Source: Alphaproteobacteria bacterium (GTDB taxonomy: Bacteria; Pseudomonadota; Alphaproteobacteria; UBA828). Taken from it: a DNA stretch of 64,000 bases. Positions within the stretch are counted from its first letter, which is position 1. Every line of letters begins with the position of its first letter. Where the stretch lies: positions 1,344,001 to 1,408,000 of the forward strand of contig OZ243972.1 in NCBI GenBank assembly GCA_965214705.1. The letters are read 5' to 3'. Made by a program: the position numbers and the translations under genes. Shown here one piece after another: positions 9,859-17,815 of the stretch. Below the pieces are notes generated by a model. The model was not told where the DNA came from. It made no database searches and was given only the letters and a program-made list of their open reading frames with translations.

Positions 9859-10992
9859 TCAACCCTCCACCAGTGCGGCGCCGACGATGTCGGCCGCCTC
9901 GCGCACCATGGCGTCGGACAGATGGGTGTATTTCAGCGTCGTCGCCGGATTGCGGTGCCCGAGGAGGCGGCCGATGGTCAGCACCGTCTCGCCCTGCGCG
10001 AGCGCCATGCTGGCGTACGTGTGCCGGCAATCGTGAAGGCGGACATCGGACAGACCGGCTTCCGCTCCGACGTGGTGCCAGAATTTGCCGAGCGTCACCG
10101 TGTGCACGAAGCCGTCCGTCCGCGGCGAGGGGAAGATCCAGGTTGCCGTGCGAGGCAGTTCGTCGAGGACCGCGCGCGCGGCGGACGAGAGCCAGACCGT
10201 GCGCGGCCCCGACTTGGAATCGCGCAGGAACAGCTTGCCCTCGCGGTAGTCGCGCCATTTGAGCGAGACGATTTCGCCCTTGCGGCATCCGGTGAGCAGC
10301 AGCAGCCGTACGATCGCCACGGCTTGCGGATTATCGGCTTCATGGCGTGCCAGCACTTCGCCCAGCCGGCGCATGTCGGCGGCAGACAGGAAGCGCTCCC
10401 GGCCCTGGCGGCGGTAGCGCTTGATGCCGACGCACGGGTTGGTGCCCTCGGGCCGGTAGCCGTAGACCTCGGCCTGGCTCATGATGACCGAGAGCACCGG
10501 AGCCGAGCGGTCGGCGGCCACCGGGGTCTCGTGGAGCGAGGCGAACCAGCGCTTGACGTCGCTGGCGGCGATGTCCGCGATGGAACGCCCTTCGAACCAG
10601 GGCAGGATCTGGTTCTTGTAGTAGCCCCGGTTGACGTTGAGCGTGGACGGCTTCCAGTTCCGGGCGTAGCGGCGGAAGACTTCTTCTGCGACCGTCTCGA
10701 AGGCGACGTCCGCGGGTGCTGCGGTCTCGTCGCCGCTTCCGTTGCGGATCGCGGCCAGCAGGGTCCTGGCCCGGCTGCGGGCTTCGTCCAGGTCGATGTC
10801 CCCTGCCTGGCCGACGATCTTCCAGATTCGCCGCCCGTTGTGCTGGCTGTGGATGAAGTAGCGTCTGGCGCCCGAGGTCAGGACCCTTACGCCGAAACCC
10901 TTGAGTTCCCGGTCGCGCACGTCGTAGGCGGACTTGCGGGGCTTGAGCGCATCGACGCGGCGTTGGTCGAGGCGAAGCGTCGCCATCGGCAT
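9859..10992 (-). CDS. Tyrosine recombinase/integrase (tandem paralog)
   Basis: TGCRKGE, HDCRH, LLGH, KYTH; RBS spacing favours ATG 10986. Confidence 0.93.
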   Translation of the reverse strand: MPMATLRLDQRRVDALKPRKSAYDVRDRELKGFGVRVLTSGARRYFIHSQHNGRRIWKIVGQAGDIDLDEARSRARTLLAAIRNGSGDETAAPADVAFETVAEEVFRRYARNWKPSTLNVNRGYYKNQILPWFEGRSIADIAASDVKRWFASLHETPVAADRSAPVLSVIMSQAEVYGYRPEGTNPCVGIKRYRRQGRERFLSAADMRRLGEVLARHEADNPQAVAIVRLLLLTGCRKGEIVSLKWRDYREGKLFLRDSKSGPRTVWLSSAARAVLDELPRTATWIFPSPRTDGFVHTVTLGKFWHHVGAEAGLSDVRLHDCRHTYASMALAQGETVLTIGRLLGHRNPATTLKYTHLSDAMVREAADIVGAALVEG

Positions 10993-11100
10993 TCCTCCTG
11001 CGTTCCGTTGCAGCCGGGGCGAAATCGGGGATCGATTCCGTGTCGTCCGGCTAGATCAGGAGGAAAAAAGCAACGCTGTGTCAGTATATTAGCACCGTAG

Positions 11101-11544
11101 GTGCGCCTGATGGTGTTCGATCCTCAGTCGCGCGAGGCGGCGTTCGCATGTCCCCGCACCTGGGAGTTTGTCTCGAACGTCGTGAACCAGCGCGGCAGCC
11201 TCGACCCCGCCGCGGAGCGGGCGCTGTTCCGGGGCGCTGTCGGCGAGTCGGCGGCGGTCGAGTTCTCCGCCTTCCTCAAGGTCTGGCGCGAGCTGCCCCA
11301 TCCCCGGGCCGTCATCGACGATCCCGAGAACGCGGACGTACCCGAGAACGCCAGCGCGCTGATCGCGCTCTGCGGCTCGCTCTACCGCATGGCCGACGAC
11401 GTCAACCTCGGTTCGATCGTCAGCTACGCCATGAGGCTGAGGCGCGAGGTGGGCGAGTTCCTCGTCGGCTCGTGCGTGCGCCGCGAACCCGCGCTCCAGC
11501 ATACCGACGCCTTCATCCGCTGGGCCGCCGCCCGGACCCAGTGA
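11101..11544 (+). pseudogene. C-terminal fragment of a MoxR-like AAA ATPase
   Basis: FDPQS..AFACPRTWEFVS (sensor-2-type PR.W) but no Walker A/B; typical first gene of AAA / helical / vWA trios; a TAG at 11098-11100 directly precedes it. Confidence 0.75.
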
Positions 11545-11571
11545 CCCCCTGCCCATCGGGAGACTTCACCC

Positions 11572-12468
11572 ATGAACCTCACCCACGACGCCATGCTGGT
11601 CAGCTTGCGCATCACCGCCTGGTCCGGCCGGCTCTACGACCGCCAGGCCTCCAACCACGTCGCGGCCCAGCACGACGCCTCCGCCAGCGCCGGGCGCTAC
11701 AACAAGCGCCTGCTTCCCAAGGCCGCGTTCGCCGCGCTCACCGCCACCGTGAGCGAGGCGCGCACGCAGCACTATGCCAACTCCCTTCCCTGGGACGATC
11801 AGGGCTCGCGGCTGCTCACCGTCGCCAACTACGAAGCCTACACGGACCTGATGGACGGGCTCAGGGAGCGCATGGTGCGCGAGCGCGCCCGCTTCATCGA
11901 GGACTACGACGACAACATCGACCGCGCCCGGCTCGACCTGGGAAAACTCTTCCGCATCGGTGACTACCCCTCGAAGGAGGCGCTGCAGGGCAAGTTCGGG
12001 ATCCGCTACCGCATCGTGCCGGTGCCGGACGCGGACCACTTCATGGCAAAGCTCGCGTCCGACGACACCGAGCGGGTCAAGCGCGGCATCGAGCGCGAGA
12101 TCGAGGAACGCTTGCACGACGCCGTGGGCGATCTCTACCGGCGCCTCGGCGAGGCGGTCGAGCGGGTCTCGGAGCGCCTCACCGAGGACGGCGAGGGCAA
12201 GCCGCTGGTCTTCCGCGACACGATGATCTCCAACGTCCGGGACCTGGTCGACGTCGTGCCCCGGCTCAACATCTTCGGGGACGACCGGCTTGCCAGCCTC
12301 TGCCAGGAAGTGAAGGACAGGATCGCCCACGCGGATCCGGCGACCCTCAGGCCGTCGCCCAAATTCAACCCGAATGTGCGGCGCCAAGTGAAGCGCGACG
12401 CCGATGCGCTGGCGGAGAAGTTCGCGGGGTATTTCGGCAGCCCCGCCGTTGACCGGGAGGCCGCGTAA
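11572..12468 (+). CDS. Conserved mobile-element helical protein (DUF3150-like)
   Basis: GGAG RBS, GC3-rich frame, SLPWDDQGSRLL, DYPS; position between the AAA and vWA genes. Confidence 0.7.
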   Translation: MNLTHDAMLVSLRITAWSGRLYDRQASNHVAAQHDASASAGRYNKRLLPKAAFAALTATVSEARTQHYANSLPWDDQGSRLLTVANYEAYTDLMDGLRERMVRERARFIEDYDDNIDRARLDLGKLFRIGDYPSKEALQGKFGIRYRIVPVPDADHFMAKLASDDTERVKRGIEREIEERLHDAVGDLYRRLGEAVERVSERLTEDGEGKPLVFRDTMISNVRDLVDVVPRLNIFGDDRLASLCQEVKDRIAHADPATLRPSPKFNPNVRRQVKRDADALAEKFAGYFGSPAVDREAA

Positions 12469-13874
12469 TGGGCGCCCGCGCCCGCAAGGAGTCCGCCCGT
12501 CGCGTCAGCGACTGCGTGACCGCGCTGCTGCGCGACCAGCCCTTCTTCGGAAGCCTCGCGCTGCGCCTGCCCATCCGCCCCGACGCGGCCCGAGAGACGC
12601 TGGCGAGCGACGGGCGGGAGATCCGCTACTCGCCCGGCTGGGTCGCGCAGACCGATGCCGATCTCATAAAGACCGCGATCGGACGCGTGGTGCTGGCCTG
12701 CGCACTCAAGCACCACACGCGGCGGGGCGAGCGCGAGCCCGGGCGCTGGCAGCAAGCCTCCCAGCTCGTCACCCACGGACTGCTGCGCGATGCGGGCTTC
12801 AAGCTCCCGCCCGACGCCGAGGCGTGGGACGGTATCAGCGTGGAACAGGCTTACGACCGCCTGCCCGAACCGCAGGAGGGCGGCGGGGAAGGGAGCGACG
12901 GCCCGCCGTCGCCAGGCAACGGCGGCACTGCGGGCGGCCCGCAACCCGACACGGACGACAACGACGGCGGCGGCGATGACGGTGACGACGGCAACGGACC
13001 CGCCGACGCATCCGACGACGGCAATCCTGAAACCGACGACGACGGCGCCGCCGGTCACGGCGGTTCCGCCGATGACGGAGACCCGCAGCCCCCGGCCGAT
13101 TCATCCGGCGACAGCGACTCCGGCACGCCGCCGAGCTGCGATCCATCCGGCACCGGCGAGGTGATGGACGCACCGGCCGGCAGCGGCGACGAGGCCGGCC
13201 CCGGCCAGGCACCGCCCGACTTCTCCGCCGAGGAGCAGGCCTGGGACGAGGCGATGCACCAGGCGCTCAACCTCGCCAAGGCGCAAGGCAAGGCGCCCGG
13301 CGCGGTGGAGGAGACCGTCCGGGACGCCCACCGCAGCACCCTCGATTGGCGCTCGCTCCTGCGCCGCTACATGACCGACGCAGCCGCCCGCGACTATTCC
13401 TGGAGCGTGCCCAACAGGCGCTTCATCGACTCCGGTCTCTATCTCCCCTCGATCCGCTCGGAGGGGATGGGAACCCTCGCCGTCATCATCGACACCTCGG
13501 GCTCTGTCGACAGCGACGCTCTCGCGTCGTTCTGGTCGGAGGTCCGCGAGGTCGCGGCCGAGATCGAACCCGAGCGCATCGTCGTGCTCCAGGTCGACGC
13601 CGCCGTGCGGGACGAGCAGGAGTACGCGCCGGGCGAGTTGCCCGAGCAAATCGTCGTCAAGGGACGCTGGGGCACCGACTTCCGGCCGGGCTTCGCCTGG
13701 CTCGACGAGCAGGGCATCCGGCCCGCCGTGTGCCTGTATTTCACGGACATGGACTGCGACTGCTACCCCGTGACGGAGCCCGGCTACGACGTAATCTGGG
13801 CTGATTACGGGGAGGGCGTCGGGCTCTGGTGCCAGCCACCGCCCTGGGGCGAGCACGTCAGGATCAGGGACTGA
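12468..13874 (+). CDS. vWA-like (DUF2201-type) protein with degenerate metallopeptidase N-domain
   Basis: PFFGSLAL, acidic linker, MIDAS DTSGS, G.GTDF.P, YFTD. Confidence 0.85.
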   Translation: MGARARKESARRVSDCVTALLRDQPFFGSLALRLPIRPDAARETLASDGREIRYSPGWVAQTDADLIKTAIGRVVLACALKHHTRRGEREPGRWQQASQLVTHGLLRDAGFKLPPDAEAWDGISVEQAYDRLPEPQEGGGEGSDGPPSPGNGGTAGGPQPDTDDNDGGGDDGDDGNGPADASDDGNPETDDDGAAGHGGSADDGDPQPPADSSGDSDSGTPPSCDPSGTGEVMDAPAGSGDEAGPGQAPPDFSAEEQAWDEAMHQALNLAKAQGKAPGAVEETVRDAHRSTLDWRSLLRRYMTDAAARDYSWSVPNRRFIDSGLYLPSIRSEGMGTLAVIIDTSGSVDSDALASFWSEVREVAAEIEPERIVVLQVDAAVRDEQEYAPGELPEQIVVKGRWGTDFRPGFAWLDEQGIRPAVCLYFTDMDCDCYPVTEPGYDVIWADYGEGVGLWCQPPPWGEHVRIRD

Positions 13875-13943
13875 CCTTCGGCAGTGGGGCGGCATGTCCG
13901 CCCTGCCAACGATCGCCAGTCCGAAACCGAAGGAAATCACGCC

Positions 13944-14330
13944 ATGATGCCCACCGCCACCTGCCAGTACTGCGGCTGGAACGGGCCGGCAGACCGGTGC
14001 GGCCCGCTCAAGAACGCCGGGGAGCGAGTCGAGCCCGGAACTCCGTTGCCCGCCGGCGAGTGCCCGAACTGCAACGCCTCCGCGATGCTCGACGAGGCCA
14101 GGCAGGAGCCCAGCGTCACCATCGTCACCACGCTGGAGCCGGAACGCGCCACCAGGTTCGGCGTCCGCTCGACCGCCCAGGCCCTCGCCGACGTCATGTG
14201 GCTTGCCGCCAACAGGTACAGCTACCCCGTGCAGGATCTCGGCTCCTCCGGCTTCCGCGTCGCCGTCTGTCGCGAGACATCGAAGCGCGAGACCGTCCCG
14301 CGCGGCTACCTGCGCATCGAGACGGGTTGA
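13944..14330 (+). CDS. Small Zn-ribbon protein
   Basis: CQYCGW.G...PAGECPNC; AAGGA RBS. Confidence 0.7.
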   Translation: MMPTATCQYCGWNGPADRCGPLKNAGERVEPGTPLPAGECPNCNASAMLDEARQEPSVTIVTTLEPERATRFGVRSTAQALADVMWLAANRYSYPVQDLGSSGFRVAVCRETSKRETVPRGYLRIETG

Positions 14331-14346
14331 GAACACGGACGCCTTC

Positions 14347-14451
14347 GGGGCGTGAGGCTCCGGAGAAAGTGTGAACGCGCGTCTTGCGCGGGAGTACCCG
14401 GAGTCAATTGGAGGGAACGACCTCGCGGGTTCGAATCCCGCCCGCCCCACC
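14347..14451 (+). ncRNA. tRNA-like structured RNA (non-canonical)
   Basis: T-arm GCGGG-TTCGAAT-CCCGC (14425-14441); acceptor GGGGCG/CGCCCC followed by ACC; internal helix 14356-63/14398-405; no canonical D-arm. Confidence 0.6.
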
Positions 14452-14479
14452 TTTCCCCCGCATTGCCAGGAGCGACTCC

Positions 14480-14986
14480 ATGACGAAGGTAGAAACCGCC
14501 ACTTGCCAGGACTGCGGCTGGCGGGGTCCGGTGGAAGAGACGAAGGAGTTCCGCAACGTCTGGGACCGCGTTCTGCCGGGCGACGTCATGCCGGCCGGCG
14601 AGTGTCCCGAAGAAGGCTGCGGCGGCGCGGCGATGCTGGACGCGGATCGCGACCGCGCGGACGATCTCCGCCCCCAGATGGTCGCGCTCATGCTCGGGCT
14701 CAACCGGCTTCGCGAGGACCTCCGCAACGGCGTGCTGCGCTCTCCGGTTGCCTTTCACCTCGAGGAGCTTGCCGGCTACGCGCGCAGGGCGCTCGCGTCC
14801 GGCCCGCCCGTTCGGCCCGTCTGCAACGCCTGCGGCGGCACCGGCGTGCGGGTGGACGCCTGGGCGAGCTGGGACGTCCACGCCCAGCGCTGGGAGTTGC
14901 ACTCCGCCTGCGAGGCGGTCGCCATCTGCGCGGATTGCGACCTCGAGTGCAGCTACACGATGAAACCCGTCACGGAGGCGGCGTGA
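14480..14986 (+). CDS. Zn-ribbon protein, paralog of 13944 with a second CxxC pair
   Basis: CQDCGW.G...PAGECPEEGC, then C-terminal CNAC...CADC; AGGAG RBS. Confidence 0.75.
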   Translation: MTKVETATCQDCGWRGPVEETKEFRNVWDRVLPGDVMPAGECPEEGCGGAAMLDADRDRADDLRPQMVALMLGLNRLREDLRNGVLRSPVAFHLEELAGYARRALASGPPVRPVCNACGGTGVRVDAWASWDVHAQRWELHSACEAVAICADCDLECSYTMKPVTEAA

Positions 14987-15324
14987 TGCAGGAGAGAAGC
15001 GCGTTCGACTTCGGCGGCAACCGGATCGTCCGACAGTCCGAGCCGATGACGATCGGCAAGCACGAATGGCGGCTCACCCTCTACCGCTCCCCGCATCGCG
15101 AGCACCCGCTGATCGGCTACGAATGGCGCCGCGCCGACGGCGCGCCCATCCGCCGCACGTGCCCCGGCGGCGCCTACCGGCTCGACGGCTCCACCTGGAT
15201 GCGCGACCGGGACTGGCCCTCCTACAACCACAACGACGGAGAGTGGGGCGGCATGCCGCGCACGCTGCGCAAGCTCTGGGAACGGTGCCCGTGGGCGCAC
15301 ACCCGCGAGACCCGCCCGGCCTGA
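14986..15324 (+). CDS. Hypothetical protein
   Basis: TGATG coupling to the upstream gene, GGAGG RBS, Trp-rich 112 aa. Confidence 0.6.
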   Translation: MQERSAFDFGGNRIVRQSEPMTIGKHEWRLTLYRSPHREHPLIGYEWRRADGAPIRRTCPGGAYRLDGSTWMRDRDWPSYNHNDGEWGGMPRTLRKLWERCPWAHTRETRPA

Positions 15325-15567
15325 CCCTCCCCGATAGCGCGGCGCACCCTCGCCGGCAGCTCCACGGTCCCCGTCTCTCGCCGGCGCGAGTGGCGAAGCG
15401 CGCGCCCCGGGGCGACGGGCCGGGGCCATGGAGAGAGCCGATCGCTCCGCATCCCCGTTCCCGTCGCCCACACATCCGTCCCCGCGCCCACTGGCCTACC
15501 CACGGAGGCCTCGGCTCCACCCCTGCGGTGCGCGCCGATCCCGATCCGGCATCAACGAGGAATCGCA

Positions 15568-16305
15568 ATGGACCCACGAACCGACATCGTCGCAGTCGCG
15601 GCGCTGCTGGTCGCCGCGCGCACCGTCGTGGCCGATCCCGCGCGCTGGTGCGCGTACCCGCACGCGCTCGATGCGAACGGCCACAGTTGCGAGGGGCGGG
15701 CGGGCAACGCCGTCTGCTGGGGCGCTGCCGGCGCCCTCGACCGCGCGGCCGCCGACGCGGGGGCCGCCGAGCACGACATCGCCGAGGCGCGCCGGCAACT
15801 GAACCAGGCCGCTCTCCGCGTCGCGAGCGGCTGGACGGGCACGGCTTGGCTTCTGGATCGCAAGGCCGCCCACGCCATGACCGTCGCCGGTTTCGACGAC
15901 GCGATCCGCGCCATGCCCAGGCCGGAGACCACCGGTGCGGTCGATATCCTCAGCCTCGCCCGCACCCTCATCGCGCACCCCGGCCGCTGGGCGCAGGGCG
16001 CCATCGCGCTTGATCGGAACGGGCGGGCGCTGACCACCTTCGACGGCGGCTGCCGCTTCTGCGCCGCGGGCGCAGTGGGCCTCGCCGTCCATGTGCTGGG
16101 ACAGGACGAAGCGGCCCGCCGCAGCATCGGCCCCACCTTCGATTACGTGGGCCGTCTGCTCGACTGCGCCGCCTGCAAGCTCGGTGAGTTCGAGAGCTAC
16201 ATCGGCCTCAACGAGCACGACAGCCACGCCAACGTCGTCGCCATGTTCGACCATGCCCTCGGCATGGCGCGCGCGGACTCCGCTCCCGACCCGGAGGCAT
16301 CGTGA
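15568..16305 (+). CDS. DUF6197-like protein with two tandem domains
   Basis: Repeated W....A.D.NG......C..GA motif; GAGG RBS. Confidence 0.65.
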   Translation: MDPRTDIVAVAALLVAARTVVADPARWCAYPHALDANGHSCEGRAGNAVCWGAAGALDRAAADAGAAEHDIAEARRQLNQAALRVASGWTGTAWLLDRKAAHAMTVAGFDDAIRAMPRPETTGAVDILSLARTLIAHPGRWAQGAIALDRNGRALTTFDGGCRFCAAGAVGLAVHVLGQDEAARRSIGPTFDYVGRLLDCAACKLGEFESYIGLNEHDSHANVVAMFDHALGMARADSAPDPEAS

Positions 16306-16730
16306 CCATGACCGCCATCGCTCCCACGCCCCGCGACCTCCTCGTGGAGGCGCGCACGCTCATCGCCAGGCCCGAGGCCTGGACCCAGGGCGCCGGCGCG
16401 CGCGACGCCAATGGCGAGCCCGTCGGCGTCGAGCATGAGGACGCCGTCTCGTGGTGCGCCACCGGCGCGATCAACTGCGCCATGTACCGCCATGTGGATT
16501 CCCTAGAGGTCCCGCCGCCGCTGCAGCGCGCCCGCGAGCGCGCCAGCGCCATGCTCACCGACACGGTGCGCGCCCTGACCCTTGGCCACTACACGGAGGC
16601 CACCACTTACAACGACCGGACCAATCACGGCTGCATCGTCCATGCCTTCGACATCGCGATCGCCGACGCCGACAGGCGTTGCCGCAAGCACTCGACCGGC
16701 CGTGCCAGGGTTACGGAGCGCGCACGATGA
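16302..16730 (+). CDS. DUF6197-like protein
   Basis: AWTQGAGARDANG...WCATGAI...YND...FDIAI. Confidence 0.7.
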   Translation: MTMTAIAPTPRDLLVEARTLIARPEAWTQGAGARDANGEPVGVEHEDAVSWCATGAINCAMYRHVDSLEVPPPLQRARERASAMLTDTVRALTLGHYTEATTYNDRTNHGCIVHAFDIAIADADRRCRKHSTGRARVTERAR

Positions 16731-17635
16731 CCGCCGCCGCCCGTCTCCCCCGCACGATCCGGAATCCCTACCGCGTGCCGCTCCCTGCCGTGATCAGCTT
16801 CTCGGGCGGCCGCACCTCGGGATTCATGCTGAAAATGATCGTCGACGCTTATGGCGGTCGGCTACCCGATTCGGTCTCCGTGATCTTCGCGAATACCGGT
16901 CTTGAACGTCCCGAAACCCTGGAATTCGTGGAGGTGTGCGGCCGCGCGTGGGGGGTCGAGATCCATTGGGTCGAGTATCTGTGGGACGCACCGCACCGCA
17001 CCCGCGTCGTCGACTTCGCCACCGCGTCCAGGAGCGGCGAGCCCTACGCGGCATTGATCGACCGCAAGGGATTCGTCCCGAACGTCAAACTCCGCGCATG
17101 TAGCAGCTTCTTGAAAAGAGACCGCATCGAGTCCTACGCCCGGCACCGGTTGGGCCTGAAACGCTGGCACTCGGTGATCGGGCTGCGCGCCGACGAGCAG
17201 CGCCGCGTGCTGAGGATGCGCGCCATGAACTGCGGCTCGCGCACCGGCGCCCACGCCGTGCTGCCGCTCGCCGATGCGGGCGCGCGCCAGGCCGACGTGC
17301 TCGACTGGTGGAGGCGCCAGCCCTTCGATCTCGGCATTCCCTCCTACGCCGGAAACTGCACGCTCTGCATGCTGAAGGGCCGGGCCAAGCTGATCCGCCT
17401 CATCCGCGAGGATCCGACCCTGGCGGACTGGTGGATAGAGCAAGAGGCCAAAGTCGCGAACCGAACCGGCCCGGACGGCCGCGCCTGCGACTCCATGAAG
17501 CGCTTCCGGCTCGGCGAGACCTACGCCGAACTCAAGGCCGCGGCGCTCGCCCACCGCGACCTGTTCGACGATGCGGCGGCGTCCCCCGGCGAGAGCGCCG
17601 AGTCCGACTCCTTCGACTGCCACTGCACCGACTAG
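16727..17635 (+). CDS. PAPS-reductase-family (PP-loop) protein, phage type
   Basis: ISFSGGRTSGFM, FANTGLE, IGLRADE, GNCTLCMLK, C-terminal CHCTD. Confidence 0.85.
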   Translation: MTAAARLPRTIRNPYRVPLPAVISFSGGRTSGFMLKMIVDAYGGRLPDSVSVIFANTGLERPETLEFVEVCGRAWGVEIHWVEYLWDAPHRTRVVDFATASRSGEPYAALIDRKGFVPNVKLRACSSFLKRDRIESYARHRLGLKRWHSVIGLRADEQRRVLRMRAMNCGSRTGAHAVLPLADAGARQADVLDWWRRQPFDLGIPSYAGNCTLCMLKGRAKLIRLIREDPTLADWWIEQEAKVANRTGPDGRACDSMKRFRLGETYAELKAAALAHRDLFDDAAASPGESAESDSFDCHCTD

Positions 17636-17815
17636 CCGCCGGTCCATCCGACCCCGCCGGCACGGCCCGGAGAGGCCGAGCCCGGCGGCATCCCTCCGAG
17701 AGTCCCGGGCGCCCGAGAGAGCGCCCGCGGTCTTTTCCATCGACGCGCGATCGCACACGGCCGCGCGTCCCCCGTCCACTCGCCGCCTGCGTGCGGCCCA
17801 TCTCCGGAGAAGCCG

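Noticed and set aside
8788-11100. 770-aa + strand ORF and similar long ORFs (e.g. 4170-5702, 16862-19312, 17308-20481, 24357-26576)
   Set aside because: Antisense or off-frame shadows of motif-bearing genes in high-GC DNA; only the last ~28 codons of 24357-26576 are real (radC).
11085-11118. dif/Xer-like site (GGTGCGCCTGA)
   Set aside because: Only a partial XerC-arm match and no XerD arm.
13886-14451. Long tmRNA-like RNA using GGGGCGG at 13886 as the 5' acceptor strand
   Set aside because: That sequence forms its own local hairpin (GGGCGG-catgt-CCGCCC), there is no G3-U70 pair, and the span is a normal CDS.
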